Part shown: one piece after another, positions 1 to 10,673 of the stretch
Layout of the letters: each line of letters begins with the position of its first letter
Numbering within the stretch: position 1 is the stretch's first letter
Translations under genes and position numbers: made by a program
DNA from: an uncultured Candidatus Saccharibacteria bacterium
GTDB lineage: Bacteria; Patescibacteriota; Minisyncoccia; Phycocordibacterales; UBA2100
DNA length: 64,000 nucleotides
Assembly (NCBI GenBank): GCA_964545165.1
Contig: CAZJEQ010000005.1
Span: 7,072-71,071, forward strand
Direction: 5' to 3'
The notes under the pieces: model-generated
The model's database searches: none
Seen by the model: the letters and a program-made list of their open reading frames with translations, nothing else
What the model was told of the DNA's origin: nothing

Positions 1-741
1 CAAAAATTCTTTGTCGAAATACTCGGGCTCCTCGCCTTTGGCCATGCGCTCCTCATACGTAGCTGCCTGCCAGTAGCGAGAAGAATCCGGTGTGTGGATC
101 TCATCGATGAGCGTGAGATTGCCTTGCTCGTCCATGCCGAATTCGTATTTCGTATCCACGAGAATGAGCCCGCGCTCGGCAGCGATCTCGGCGCCGCGCT
201 GGTAGAGCGCGAGCGCGGTCTTCTCGACATGATCGATCATCTCGCGAGACATGATGCCTTCATTCACGATCTCCTGCGGAGAGAGCGTCCTGTCGTGCAG
301 ATCCTCCTTGGTCGATGGCGTAAAGACTGGGCGCAGGAGTCGCTGATTTTTCTTGATGCCGTCCTGCAATTTGAAATTCCCGAAGTCGCGCTTGCCACCC
401 TCGTAGAGCGTCCAGAGCGATGTACCCGTAACGCCCGTGATGTAGCCGCGTACGACGGCTTCTACCGGGACCATGGAACACTTCTTGGCGACCGTGACAT
501 TTGGATCCGGTATAGCGATGAGGTGATTGGGCACGATGTCTTTGACCGCATCCATCCAGAATTCGGTGATCTGATTGAGCACCTGCCCCTTCCACGGGAT
601 ATGCGCAATGATGCGATCAAATGATGAGTGACGATCGGTGGTGACGAGAATCAGCTTATTACCCTGATCATAAATATCGCGCACCTTGCCGGTCTTCTTC
701 GGCCCCAGATTTGTAAAATTTGTTTCTTTGAGTATTTCCAT
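1..741 (-). CDS. purC: SAICAR synthetase (phosphoribosylaminoimidazole-succinocarboxamide synthase), 5' part of window; C-terminus runs off left edge
   Basis: Reverse translation from ATG at 739-741 gives MEILKETNFTNLGPKKTGKVRDIYDQGNKLILVTTDRHSSFDRII...; typical PurC. Not in ORF track because there is no in-window stop. Last gene of minus-strand pur operon. Confidence 0.85.
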   Translation of the reverse strand, partial: MEILKETNFTNLGPKKTGKVRDIYDQGNKLILVTTDRHSSFDRIIAHIPWKGQVLNQITEFWMDAVKDIVPNHLIAIPDPNVTVAKKCSMVPVEAVVRGYITGVTGTSLWTLYEGGKRDFGNFKLQDGIKKNQRLLRPVFTPSTKEDLHDRTLSPQEIVNEGIMSREMIDHVEKTALALYQRGAEIAAERGLILVDTKYEFGMDEQGNLTLIDEIHTPDSSRYWQAATYEERMAKGEEPEYFDKEFL

Positions 742-779
742 ATGAATATACCTACATACTTGGGTATGTGAGATTGTCT

Positions 780-1904
780 TTATTCGCCAGGTGGTGGGAG
801 GGTGATGTTTTCCGGCTCAAATATCGTGCAGCGCTCGCCCGCTTCTACAACACCAACTTGCATCAATTCATAGCCGGCAGCTGAGCCGAGTGAGATGACC
901 TGGTCGACATCTGCTGGTGCAACGAAAATATAGTAGCCGACGCCCCAGTTAAAGGTCTTCAAGCAATCCTTGAGGCCGAGGCCGAGCTGCTCGCGGAAAT
1001 ACCGGAAGAGTGGCGGCACTTCTGGCCATGCACTCACACGATACGTCGCCGGGCGTCTATCAAACGCGAGCTTGCCCACGCCATCGCCCGTGCCAGGCAG
1101 GAGCGCATGAATATCGACTTGGTGATCGAGCAAGGTTTCGATGAGCTTTACGTATGAGCGCGTCGGGATCAACGCTTCGGCGCCCAGCGTGTTGCCGTTG
1201 GGCAATTTTGTGAGGAATTTATCAGGAAGCTGGAGCGCATATTTGATCACGAGCGAAATACCATTGGCATGCATGCCACTCGAAGTCACGCCGATAATAG
1301 CGTCGCCTACACCGAGCTTCTTGCCGGTGATGAGCCGATCCGTTGGCGCAATAATGCCCGTCACCGAGCCTGAGAGTGACGGCGCGATTGCGATGGGCGG
1401 CTCGGGCTTTACCAGATACTTGAGCGTTGCCGTCTCACCTGCCGGAAGCGCCATGCCCGCATCCTCACAGATCTGCAAAAATCCTGCGGCGAGATCGCGA
1501 CTGCGTTTCTCATCCATAAACCAATCGCTATTTCCGACATCGATGTGATCGGTGAAGACCACCGGCATCGCGCCTTGCGCGATGAGGTCGTTGACGATCA
1601 TGAGCGCAGTATCAATACCGATTGCGTCGTAGTACGTCTTCCCGGTGCCGTCGTTTTGATACATCCATTCGGCAATCCAGTTTTTATTGCCAAGACCTTC
1701 CTGCGTCTGCGCCCAGATGTGCTTCTCGGTGCCGCGATATTCAAAGACCGCGCCGTGGGAGTGCGTTACGTCCTCGCGAATATACACGCCGCGACGATTC
1801 GGAAACGAAAGTGTCTTTTTGCCCGTCTCGATCATCGCCATCTTAAATGGCTCCATGAGCGAATAGTCGACACCGGCTTTGGCGTATGCGCTTTTCTCAG
1901 TCAT
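780..1904 (-). CDS. purM: phosphoribosylformylglycinamidine cyclo-ligase (AIR synthetase)
   Basis: ORF 780..1940; start trimmed to internal ATG ([14 protein letters not shown]...), overlapping purE stop by 8 nt. AIRS/PurM N- and C-domains recognisable. Confidence 0.9.
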   Translation of the reverse strand: MTEKSAYAKAGVDYSLMEPFKMAMIETGKKTLSFPNRRGVYIREDVTHSHGAVFEYRGTEKHIWAQTQEGLGNKNWIAEWMYQNDGTGKTYYDAIGIDTALMIVNDLIAQGAMPVVFTDHIDVGNSDWFMDEKRSRDLAAGFLQICEDAGMALPAGETATLKYLVKPEPPIAIAPSLSGSVTGIIAPTDRLITGKKLGVGDAIIGVTSSGMHANGISLVIKYALQLPDKFLTKLPNGNTLGAEALIPTRSYVKLIETLLDHQVDIHALLPGTGDGVGKLAFDRRPATYRVSAWPEVPPLFRYFREQLGLGLKDCLKTFNWGVGYYIFVAPADVDQVISLGSAAGYELMQVGVVEAGERCTIFEPENITLPPPGE

Positions 1905-2412
1905 GACTGTTGAGATAATCCTCGTAACCCTGCGCTTCAAGCTTATCCGCCTTGGCGAGGACCGTTTCCTCCTGTGCCTCGCGATACGCCATCAATTTCT
2001 CGCGGACTGCCGTGTCTGAAAGCGCGAGGATTTGCGCCGCCAAAAGACCAGCATTTTTTGCGCCATTGATCGCGACGGTGGCGACGGGAATTCCTGGTGG
2101 CATCTGTGCTATGGAGAGGAGCGAGTCAATGCCTTTCATGATCTTCGTCATCACGGGTACGCCGATCACCGGGAGATGTGTGAATGCCGCAGTCATGCCC
2201 GGCAGATGCGCCGCGCCACCTGCACCAGCGATAATGACCTTGATTCCCTTCTCCTCGGCCGCCTTTGCATACTCGACCATTCGATCCGGCGTGCGATGCG
2301 CCGAGACGATCGTCACTTCACTCTCCACTCCGAGCTCTTTGAGCATCGTTTCAGCCTCCTGCATGACAGGAAGATCGCTATCTGATCCCATGATGATGCC
2401 GACAGTTGTCAT
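1897..2412 (-). CDS. purE: N5-carboxyaminoimidazole ribonucleotide mutase
   Basis: 171 aa, [17 protein letters not shown]...[15 protein letters not shown]; classic PurE. Confidence 0.9.
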   Translation of the reverse strand: MTTVGIIMGSDSDLPVMQEAETMLKELGVESEVTIVSAHRTPDRMVEYAKAAEEKGIKVIIAGAGGAAHLPGMTAAFTHLPVIGVPVMTKIMKGIDSLLSIAQMPPGIPVATVAINGAKNAGLLAAQILALSDTAVREKLMAYREAQEETVLAKADKLEAQGYEDYLNSHD

Positions 2413-3515
2413 ATTGAAATAAGTGCGCGGGCTTTTTCTGCATTCGCGTGAGCCTCTTCGAGCGTATCCGCAGTGGCAGTCAGGTGGCCCATTTTGCGCT
2501 CCTTGCGCGTCTCCATCTTACCGTAGAAATGTACTTTCACACCCGGGATCGTTTCGGCCGCTTCCATACCTTTCGGCTCGGCCGCGCCATCACGATCACC
2601 CAATATGTTGATCATCACAGCTGCGGGCACTTTCATCGATGGATCTCCCAGCGGCTCACCGGCGACCGCGCGGATATGCTGCTCAAATTGCGAAGCGTGG
2701 CATGCCTCGATCGTGTAGTGACCACTGTTGTGTACGCGAGGCGCGATTTCATTCACGAGGACTTCGCCATCGACGAGAAACATCTCGATCGCAAAAACGC
2801 CCGCACCTTCAAATGAGGCGAGTACTTTCTCGGCGAGGTCATGCGCCTTTTTCGCAACATCTTCGCTGACCGGCGCAGGCGCGAGCGTCATATGACAAAT
2901 GTGATTGCGGTGGATGGTCTCGACGAGCGGAAACACACGAATCTCTCCGGCTGTCGTACGCGCTGCGACGATGGCGAGCTCTTTGTCGAAATGCACGAAG
3001 CCTTCCGCGTATGCAGCAGCACCCTTAATTTTCTGCACGGCATCGTGGAGATCTTCGGATTTCTCGACGAGCGCATTGCCGCGACCATCGAAGCCGCCCG
3101 AGCGGGCCTTCAATATATAGGGATAGCCGAGACCTTCTGCTTCTTCGGGAAGTGCGTAGGGCGCGACGGGGATGCCGTGCGTCTGTAGAAATTGTTTCTG
3201 ATACCACTTGTCTTTGATGATGGAGAGCGTGCTCGGCGTGGGATGCACCGGATAGCCTTCTGCCGCGAGGGATTCGAGCGCACCAGCATTCACTGATTCA
3301 ATTTCAAATGTCAGCACATCGGATTTCTTCGCGAGCGCCGCGATCATCGCCGCGTCTTTGTAGTCACCCGCGATCTGCTCATCGGATACTTGCCCAGCGG
3401 GGCCCTTGGGATCGGGATCGAGCGTAATCACTTTCAACGAGAGCGCATGCGCAGCGTCAGCGAGCATTCTGCCGAGCTGCCCCCCGCCTGCGATGCCGAT
3501 CGTCTTCGCTGTCAT
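2409..3515 (-). CDS. purK: N5-CAIR synthetase (ATP-grasp)
   Basis: 368 aa, [18 protein letters not shown]..., ATP-grasp fold, 4-nt overlap with purE. Confidence 0.85.
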   Translation of the reverse strand: MTAKTIGIAGGGQLGRMLADAAHALSLKVITLDPDPKGPAGQVSDEQIAGDYKDAAMIAALAKKSDVLTFEIESVNAGALESLAAEGYPVHPTPSTLSIIKDKWYQKQFLQTHGIPVAPYALPEEAEGLGYPYILKARSGGFDGRGNALVEKSEDLHDAVQKIKGAAAYAEGFVHFDKELAIVAARTTAGEIRVFPLVETIHRNHICHMTLAPAPVSEDVAKKAHDLAEKVLASFEGAGVFAIEMFLVDGEVLVNEIAPRVHNSGHYTIEACHASQFEQHIRAVAGEPLGDPSMKVPAAVMINILGDRDGAAEPKGMEAAETIPGVKVHFYGKMETRKERKMGHLTATADTLEEAHANAEKARALISI

Positions 3516-3517
3516 GT

Positions 3518-4102
3518 TTATAAACGCGCGAGAATGTAGTCTGCGCGATCAGACACTGGAATCACCGGGACTTTCACGACGTCGTGACCGAGATCGCGAT
3601 ACACCTGTTCGAGCATGTCTTGTACCGCTGCCGCTTCCTCGGGCGTCTCGGCGCGCACATCATCTGGCTCAAACCCGATGAGATCAAGCAAAAACACCTT
3701 ACGATACTTGGACTGCTCAGAAGCCGTACGCAGAAATTCATCTATGGGAGAGTTGAAGAGCTTGTAGTACGCGAGACTATCCGGGACGCCGCGATCAAAG
3801 AAAAAGAGCTCACTCGGTGGCACGGCACGCTCCATAGCCCATTTGCGCTCGACCACCTGTGGGAACCAGCTTTTGTCGATCTTGATATCCGCGAGCGTGC
3901 GGCCACTCGCGAGTAGCTCTTCGATCACAATGCGTGCCGCCTCGGGAAGTACGTTGTAGCCGCGCTTTTCAAATTCCGCGATGAGCGTGGTCTTGCCAGC
4001 GCAGGGGCCGCCCGTGAGCACATACCATGGGGGTGTCGTCTCAAGAGCGCGCGCGGCGGAGTCGGCATTTTCTGCCGGCACGTAGGCTCGTGAATAACTC
4101 AT
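3518..4102 (-). CDS. P-loop NTPase / AAA-domain protein (NadR/Ttd14-like) embedded in pur operon
   Basis: 194 aa with Walker A GGPCAGKTT; between purQ and purK, overlaps purQ stop by 4 nt. Confidence 0.55.
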   Translation of the reverse strand: MSYSRAYVPAENADSAARALETTPPWYVLTGGPCAGKTTLIAEFEKRGYNVLPEAARIVIEELLASGRTLADIKIDKSWFPQVVERKWAMERAVPPSELFFFDRGVPDSLAYYKLFNSPIDEFLRTASEQSKYRKVFLLDLIGFEPDDVRAETPEEAAAVQDMLEQVYRDLGHDVVKVPVIPVSDRADYILARL

Positions 4103-4935
4103 ACGAAGTACTGTACCGCATTTCTAAAGAGCTGGAGGCCAGGACCCTCGCTCGGCAGGTCTTTGCCCTCACGCACATACTGCTCGCGCATGAGCGTCCA
4201 GTGCGGGAGCTGCGTAAAGCGCGTCGCGCGCTCGGGATGCGGCATCAGTCCTAGCACGCGGCCGCCATAACCCGTGACACCGGCGATATCTTCCATCGCC
4301 CCATTGGGATTGGCCGCGAGCCCCAGCGCTTCACACACATCACCTTTTACATACTTCAGTGCGATCGCTCCGTCATCTTTAAGCTGCGCGAGGGTCGCCG
4401 CAGGTGCGTAGTATTTGCCTTCGCCGTGCGCAATCGGCACCGAGAAACGATCGAGACCGGCGAGCCACGGGCTCTCGCCCACCACCTTGAGATCCACCCA
4501 GCGGCAGAGGTAGCGCGCGCGATCATTGGCGACGAGCGCACCCGGGAGCACTTGCGCGGCGGTCACCACCTGGAAACCATTGCAGATCCCTGCCATGAGC
4601 GTGTCGCGGCTGAGGAATTTCTCGAGATGCTCTCCCAGAGAAGAACGCACGCGATTGCCATACGCCTTGCCTGAGCCGGTGTCATCGCCGTAGGAGAAGC
4701 CTCCCGGGAAAATCACGATCTGCGCCTCTTTGAGCACCGCTGGGCGCGCGATCACATCGTTGAGATGGATGATGTCGGCCGAGGCACCCACCTGCTCGAA
4801 AACAGCCTTGGTCTCATCCTCGGTATTGAATCCGTATCCGGAAAATATGATGACGTGTGGCTTTTTCACCCCGTTAGAAATTCGCGTAGATTTTTCAGTG
4901 TTCATATATTTTCGAGGTTTTCTAACGGGGTTCAT
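4099..4935 (-). CDS. purQ: phosphoribosylformylglycinamidine synthase I (glutaminase subunit)
   Basis: ORF 4099..4944 (first codon TTG); first ATG at 4933-4935. KKPHVIIFSGYGFN...GICNGFQ...LMPHPER; class I glutamine amidotransferase. Confidence 0.85.
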   Translation of the reverse strand: MNPVRKPRKYMNTEKSTRISNGVKKPHVIIFSGYGFNTEDETKAVFEQVGASADIIHLNDVIARPAVLKEAQIVIFPGGFSYGDDTGSGKAYGNRVRSSLGEHLEKFLSRDTLMAGICNGFQVVTAAQVLPGALVANDRARYLCRWVDLKVVGESPWLAGLDRFSVPIAHGEGKYYAPAATLAQLKDDGAIALKYVKGDVCEALGLAANPNGAMEDIAGVTGYGGRVLGLMPHPERATRFTQLPHWTLMREQYVREGKDLPSEGPGLQLFRNAVQYFV

Positions 4936-4937
4936 AG

Positions 4938-7880
4938 TTACCAATTTTTGAAAGTGGATCGATAGGACTCCGTAAGCTCATCGACCGGAATGCGAACGGT
5001 GCCGCCAGAGAGTGAGATCGAGAGATCGCCGCTGTCGGAGACGGTGCCGATCTTGGTCAGCGCAACGCCTGTGAAGTGCTTCTCAAACGACTGCGCGGCA
5101 TCCGGGCGCACGGAGACAATCACGCGGCCCTGGCTCTCCGAGAAAAGTACGCTGTCCGCTTGCTTCGCCTTGCCGGGAATCTTCTTGAGCGAGATATCGG
5201 CGCCAAGCTGGCCTGCGATCGCCGCCTTCGAGAGCGCTGCGGCAAGGCCGCCGCGACCCACGGGTGTGGCGGAGACGACGAGCCCTTTGCGCATGGCGCG
5301 CTCGAGCGCACGATATGCACGCGCATTTTTCTTGAGGTCTACCTGCGCAACCTTGTTGCCGACCGAGCCGAGCATCGAGAAATATTCGGATGCACCCAAT
5401 TCATCATGCGTCTCGCCGATCAGGTACACACTGTCGCCCGGCATTTTGAAATCGATGGTCTGTGCATTCGCAGCATCGTCAACGACACCAATGGCAGAGA
5501 TCAGCAGCGTCGGCGGCGCGGCGACGTGAATAGGCGCGCCTTTCGGGGTAAAGCCGCGGAAATCGTTGAACATGCTGTCTTTGCCGGAGATGTAAGGTGT
5601 CCCGTACGCGACCGCGACGTCGTACACTGCCTCGGCGCTCTTTTTTAATTCATACAAACGCTCCGGCGTATTCGACGACGACCAGCAAAAGTTGTCGAGA
5701 ATCGCGAGGTAGTCGAGCGAGGCGCCCGCGCACACTGCATTGCGCACGGCGGTATCGATCGATGCAGCGGCCATATCGTAGGTGTCGATATCCGAGTACC
5801 ACGGCAAGTAACCGTGCGAGAGGACGACGCCCTTCTCGGATGTCGGTACGGGCTGCAGGACGCCCGCATCCACCGTCACGCGCCCGCGACCCTGCAGCGG
5901 CTTCGTGACCGAGGTGCCCTGCACTTCGTGATCGTACTGCTGCGCAATAAAGCTCGTCGATGCGATCGAAGGGCGTGCGAGAAGCTTGAGGATGGATTGA
6001 TCCAACTTGCCTTTGCGCACTGTCGCTTTGGGCTCAGCGTGTTTGTGGGCGTGCCTTTTGCCCTTTTGCTGCTCCACCGGTCGGCCGTCGTGGAGAAAAT
6101 CCATCGAGAGCTCCATGATCTGCTTGCCCTTGTTGCGCACGACGCACTTCTTCGCCGCCGTGAATTCTCCAATCACGGTCGCTTCCACGTCGTGGCGATC
6201 GAAGAGCTTTTTCAATTCCTTCCAATTTTTCTTCGGCACCGCGAGCGTCATGCGCTCTTGTGACTCGGAGATCCAGATCTGCCACGGCGAGAGGCCCGGG
6301 TATTTGAGTGGGACTTTGTCGATGTCCACCACGCAGCCGCCGCACTCCTTGGCCATTTCCGCGACGGAGCAGGAAATACCGCCCGCGCCGTTGTCGGTGA
6401 TGGATGAGTAGAGTGCGCGATCTCGCGCCTCGCGCACGATGGCATCAGAGAGCTTCTTCTGGGTGATCGGGTCGCCGATCTGCACGGCCGTCGCGGGCGA
6501 GCCGGATGAGAGTGATTCGGATGAGAAGGTCGCACCATGGACTCCATCCATACCGACACGGCCGCCGATCACGACCACCAGATCCCCTGCCTTGGCTTTC
6601 TTCTGTGCCAGATTGCGGCCTTTGTTTTTACGCGGGATCAGGCCGACGGTGCCTGCGAAGACGAGCGGCTTGCCACGGTAGCGTGGATCCACCGCGACGA
6701 AGCCAAGTGGTGTCGGGATGCCGCTCTGATTGCCTCCGTGATTGATGCCCTTGACCACGCCCTCGAGAATGCGGCGCGCCGGAAGAAGCGGCTGCGTCAG
6801 CGCCTTGTCGCGGTAGAGCACCGATGTGTCTGCCGGGTCGCCCACGCAAAAGCCGTACACATTGGCAATCGGTCGTGCGCCCATACCGAAGCCGAGCGCA
6901 TCACGATTCACGCCGACGATGCCGGTGATCGAGCCACCGAAGGGATCAAGTGCCGAGGGAGAATTGTGCGTCTCGACCTTGTGGGTCACGAGATACTGAT
7001 CGTCGAAGACGATGCCGCCGGAATTGTCCTTAAATACAGAGACACAGAAATCCTTCTTGCCCTTCTGCTTGCGAATCTTTTCCGTCGCACCCTTGATGTA
7101 CCGCTTGTAGATACCCTCCTTCACCTCATCGAGCGGATCCGCAAAGATCGAGTGCTTGCAGTGCTCCGACCAGGTCTGCGCGAGCGACTCGAGCTCGATG
7201 TCGGTCGGATTTCTCTTGAGCTTCTTGAAATGATCGCGAATCACCTGCATCGAATGCAGCGAAAGTGCGAGCGGTCCACGGCGGGTGCCGTCGGCGTTTG
7301 CAATACCCTGCTTGCCGATCTTGATGAGCTCCTCGTCACTGACGTTGAGATCGACTTCGTCTGCTTTTGGACTCTCGTGCAGATGGACCTGCGGGACGAC
7401 GACTGGAATCGCCTTACCAGCGGCGATGATCGCGGCGCGCTCGATGAGCGGATTGTAGAGCTCGCCCGCGAATTGCTCCGCCTCCTTCCTGCTCACCTTG
7501 CCGTGGAGGAAAAGGACCGTCGAGGTGTACACGTGTGCGCCATCCTTCACCTTCTTGCCGATCGCGCTCTCGAGCATCTCTTTGGCGGTGCGGCCGACAT
7601 TGTCGGTGACGCCCGGGAGGAATCCGATCTCGATCGCATATGCATACCCCTTGGGCGTCGGCACCTTGCCAATCGCATGCTTCTCCATCACGGGATGCGT
7701 GAGACTCTCGGCAAATTTCTTGAGCTGCGGCGCGCTCAGATTGGCATCCGTCGTGTAGACCGAAACGACGGAGATATCGGTAAGACCCGATTTCGGAAAG
7801 CGCGCCTGGAGCGTGCGCAGATAGCTTTTCGCGCGCGCATCCTCGATGGTCGAAACGATCGAGATCCGCTGCGCTGCCAT
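4938..7880 (-). CDS. purL: phosphoribosylformylglycinamidine synthase II with N-terminal PurS-like extension
   Basis: ORF 4938..7907 begins TTG; ATG at 7878-7880 (MAAQRISIV...) has a TATTAT hexamer 6 nt upstream. 980 aa vs ~740 for short PurL; no separate purS in the operon. Confidence 0.85.
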   Translation of the reverse strand: MAAQRISIVSTIEDARAKSYLRTLQARFPKSGLTDISVVSVYTTDANLSAPQLKKFAESLTHPVMEKHAIGKVPTPKGYAYAIEIGFLPGVTDNVGRTAKEMLESAIGKKVKDGAHVYTSTVLFLHGKVSRKEAEQFAGELYNPLIERAAIIAAGKAIPVVVPQVHLHESPKADEVDLNVSDEELIKIGKQGIANADGTRRGPLALSLHSMQVIRDHFKKLKRNPTDIELESLAQTWSEHCKHSIFADPLDEVKEGIYKRYIKGATEKIRKQKGKKDFCVSVFKDNSGGIVFDDQYLVTHKVETHNSPSALDPFGGSITGIVGVNRDALGFGMGARPIANVYGFCVGDPADTSVLYRDKALTQPLLPARRILEGVVKGINHGGNQSGIPTPLGFVAVDPRYRGKPLVFAGTVGLIPRKNKGRNLAQKKAKAGDLVVVIGGRVGMDGVHGATFSSESLSSGSPATAVQIGDPITQKKLSDAIVREARDRALYSSITDNGAGGISCSVAEMAKECGGCVVDIDKVPLKYPGLSPWQIWISESQERMTLAVPKKNWKELKKLFDRHDVEATVIGEFTAAKKCVVRNKGKQIMELSMDFLHDGRPVEQQKGKRHAHKHAEPKATVRKGKLDQSILKLLARPSIASTSFIAQQYDHEVQGTSVTKPLQGRGRVTVDAGVLQPVPTSEKGVVLSHGYLPWYSDIDTYDMAAASIDTAVRNAVCAGASLDYLAILDNFCWSSSNTPERLYELKKSAEAVYDVAVAYGTPYISGKDSMFNDFRGFTPKGAPIHVAAPPTLLISAIGVVDDAANAQTIDFKMPGDSVYLIGETHDELGASEYFSMLGSVGNKVAQVDLKKNARAYRALERAMRKGLVVSATPVGRGGLAAALSKAAIAGQLGADISLKKIPGKAKQADSVLFSESQGRVIVSVRPDAAQSFEKHFTGVALTKIGTVSDSGDLSISLSGGTVRIPVDELTESYRSTFKNW

Positions 7881-7933
7881 GCGGGCATAATAGCGCATTC
7901 GCCCCAAGTGCCAACTCTGCGTATGATGCCCCC

Positions 7934-8938
7934 ATGCAGAAATCGGAAGGACTCATACTGGGCAGGCTCTTGCAAAAGCTGGGCCGCACAATGGGTGCCA
8001 CCGTCGTGATCGAGCCAGAATGGGGCGTGGTCGGGCAGATCACCTTCAAATCAGGCAAGCGCAGCTACTTCCGCTACAACACGCTCGATCTCAATCCCGT
8101 GGGCGCCTCCGACGTTGCCAAAGACAAAGACTACGCAGCATTTTTTATCCGCAAGCTCGGCTTCCCCGCAGTGGAGGGCAAGACATTCTTCCGCGCGGAT
8201 TGGGCGCAGACGCTTGGATCGAAACGTGATATCGATGCCGCCTATCGCTACGCGGCGAAGCTTGGATTCCCCGTGATCGTGAAGCCCAACAGCGGCAGCC
8301 AGGGCACGGGCGTCGCACTCGCACACAACAAGAAAGACTTCTACCGTGCGATGCGCGCGGTATTCAAGAGCGACAAGGTCGCGCTCGTGCAGAGGAAAGT
8401 CAGCGGCACGGATTACCGCATCGTCGTACTCGATAACGAAATTATCTCCGCCTATGAGCGCATTCCGCTCAGCGTGACCGGCGATGGCCGCTCGACCATC
8501 GCACAGCTGCTCAATAAGAAGGCGCGCGGCTTCGTGGCCTCCAGCCGCGATACACAGCTCAACCTCGCGGACCCCCGCATGGGTGAAAAGCTCAAGCAGC
8601 AAAAGCTCTCGATGAAATCGGTCGTGCCAATGGGCGTGCAGATATTCCTCCTCGACAATGCCAATCTCTCAACCGGGGGCGACGCGGTGGATGCGACAGA
8701 GCGCGTACATCCGGAATTCAAAACGATCGCCATTCGCCTCACCCGCGAGATGGGCCTGCGCATCTGCGGCGTCGACCTGATGATCGAAGGCGATATTTCA
8801 CAGAAGCCCGGGAAATACCACGTGCTAGAGATCAACGCCGCCCCCGGACTCGATCACTATGTAAAGGGTGGCAAGGCGCAGGAGAAAATCGTCGAAGATT
8901 TGTACCTCCGCGTACTCAAGAGTTTGGCGCGCCCTTGA
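7934..8938 (+). CDS. ATP-grasp ligase (RimK/cyanophycin-synthetase-like)
   Basis: 334 aa; ...GFPVIVKPNSGSQGTGV...YHVLEINAAPGLDHY; divergent from purL with only 53-nt intergenic. Confidence 0.6.
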   Translation: MQKSEGLILGRLLQKLGRTMGATVVIEPEWGVVGQITFKSGKRSYFRYNTLDLNPVGASDVAKDKDYAAFFIRKLGFPAVEGKTFFRADWAQTLGSKRDIDAAYRYAAKLGFPVIVKPNSGSQGTGVALAHNKKDFYRAMRAVFKSDKVALVQRKVSGTDYRIVVLDNEIISAYERIPLSVTGDGRSTIAQLLNKKARGFVASSRDTQLNLADPRMGEKLKQQKLSMKSVVPMGVQIFLLDNANLSTGGDAVDATERVHPEFKTIAIRLTREMGLRICGVDLMIEGDISQKPGKYHVLEINAAPGLDHYVKGGKAQEKIVEDLYLRVLKSLARP

Positions 8939-10100
8939 GCGCATACGTCACGAAAAGCAGTGAGCAGATACCAAGTGCAACGATGGCAAGTCCATGCACG
9001 ACTCCCAAAAAGAGGAATGCAAGCAGACCGACCATAACAGCAAATAAGCTTCCGAGCGTGCGCGCTATCTCGATGGCTACTGCGGATTCAAGTGGATTAC
9101 CGCGTGTCGCCACATCAGCACCCAAATGAGCATCGAAGCCGACACGAAGAACGCCCTGCGCAATGCCGATAACGAGCAAGAGCATCCCGATAAACGGTGT
9201 AAGCGCTACATACGGCACCGTAAGTAAACCGGCGATAAAGAGAACGCCGCATATATAAAAGACCCATCGGTGAGATTTCTTATCCCACAAAATCCCTGTC
9301 GCATAGAGCAATAATGCAGAGCCAATGAGCGCGATGCTCGTTACGGTGACTGGCGTATTCACGCCCGCATACTGTGCTATCAGAAAAAGCGGAATAACGG
9401 TCGCAAGCGTGTCTGCAACAATGCCGTGCCCGATATTGCCGAATACCGCACGGGTGTTCAGCCGAGAGAACAGACTTCTCAGGGATGGATTAAAGACGAT
9501 GCTTGGCACATTGAGTGCGGGGATGTGCCGGAGCGGCATCAGCGAAAGCAGGAGGAAGACTGTCCCGAATAGAAAGAGATAGGCGAGAGAATCTTCACGA
9601 TTGAGCAGAAGCGCTACGACTCCAGCGATGACGATAGAAACTGCGCGGGCAATTTCGAGAAACGAACTATACAAACCAGGCTTTGCAGTATCACCGATGA
9701 TGGAATACTTGAGCATGTTCGAAAACAGGAAATACATTCCGTTGGCTGAGAAGAAAACGCAGAGCAACGCAACGAAAGGAATCAAGTGCGTGGCAAATGA
9801 ATCTTGAAAGACGAAAAGTGTACAGTTCACTCCCGTAAGAAGCGCCAGTGTAAGTCCTACGACGACGACGCCATTCGTCCGTCGATGGAAAGGTAACAAA
9901 AACAAGAGACTGAGCCATCGCGCTAAAAAGCCGACTCCGTAAGCTAGCGCCAACGCAACAAGCACGATGAGGAAGGAATGTGTGAGTTCATAAAAAAGAT
10001 ACACGCCGAATATGTCGGTAACTCCGAGCCCTATGCGAAAGAGTAGCGAATGCCAAAAGTAGTTCTTCTGTGCGACGGGGAGTGAACGGAACGAATTCAT
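8916..10100 (-). CDS. MFS-type transporter (multi-TM)
   Basis: ORF 8916..10121; start trimmed to ATG 10098-10100 (MNSFRSLPVAQ...), which forms an ATGA overlap with folA stop. About 12 predicted TM helices. Confidence 0.55.
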   Translation of the reverse strand: MNSFRSLPVAQKNYFWHSLLFRIGLGVTDIFGVYLFYELTHSFLIVLVALALAYGVGFLARWLSLLFLLPFHRRTNGVVVVGLTLALLTGVNCTLFVFQDSFATHLIPFVALLCVFFSANGMYFLFSNMLKYSIIGDTAKPGLYSSFLEIARAVSIVIAGVVALLLNREDSLAYLFLFGTVFLLLSLMPLRHIPALNVPSIVFNPSLRSLFSRLNTRAVFGNIGHGIVADTLATVIPLFLIAQYAGVNTPVTVTSIALIGSALLLYATGILWDKKSHRWVFYICGVLFIAGLLTVPYVALTPFIGMLLLVIGIAQGVLRVGFDAHLGADVATRGNPLESAVAIEIARTLGSLFAVMVGLLAFLFLGVVHGLAIVALGICSLLFVTYALKGAPNS

Positions 10101-10597
10101 GCGCGTTCGAGGTCGACCCACGAATATTTCACGCCATCGGATTCGCGATCTTCGCGGAAGACTTCTCGTGTAAATTCGCTTTCAAATGCGGGGAAAAAGG
10201 TGTCGCCCTCCGCTTCAGCATCTATAAATGTCATGCAGAGGCGCGTCGTGAATGGCAGCGCCTGCTCGTAGATCTGCGCGCCGCCGCCGATCGTGATCCA
10301 CTCCTGATCGATCTCTTTTGCCTTCTCTATCGCTTCTTCTACCGATGCAGCGACGATGACACCCTCGTATTTCCAGTCCGCATCACGCGTGACGACAATA
10401 TTCGTACGATTACGCAGCGGCTTGCCTAAGTAGCCGACGATGGATTCAAAGGTCTTCCTACCAAGGATGATTGGGTGGCCTTCGCTCAATTGCTTAAAGC
10501 GTTTCAAATCCTCCGGGATGTGCCACAGGAGTTTGTTTTCTTTTCCCAAAACTCTGCCTTTTCCTATCGCGACTATGGCTGCAATCACCGGTTTCAT
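10097..10597 (-). CDS. folA: dihydrofolate reductase
   Basis: MKPVIAAIVAIGKGRVLGKENKLLWHIPEDLKRFKQLSEGHPIILGRKTFESI...; canonical DHFR. Confidence 0.85.
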   Translation of the reverse strand: MKPVIAAIVAIGKGRVLGKENKLLWHIPEDLKRFKQLSEGHPIILGRKTFESIVGYLGKPLRNRTNIVVTRDADWKYEGVIVAASVEEAIEKAKEIDQEWITIGGGAQIYEQALPFTTRLCMTFIDAEAEGDTFFPAFESEFTREVFREDRESDGVKYSWVDLERA

Positions 10598-10673
10598 GCC
10601 CGAACAATACCACACCCCATTTCCACTGGCCCTGCAATCCCCTCCTACTCTCTGCGGGCTATACTGTCAGTCC

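Noticed and set aside
94-624. Long antisense ORFs opposite real genes (e.g. 94..624+, 6537..8009+, 8051..8602-, 11345..11872-, 16037..17008+, 17523..18284+, 18336..19760+, 20639..21475+, 36027..36644+, 44802..45692+)
   Set aside because: These are typical high-GC shadow ORFs. The opposite strand in each case encodes a protein with clear family signatures.
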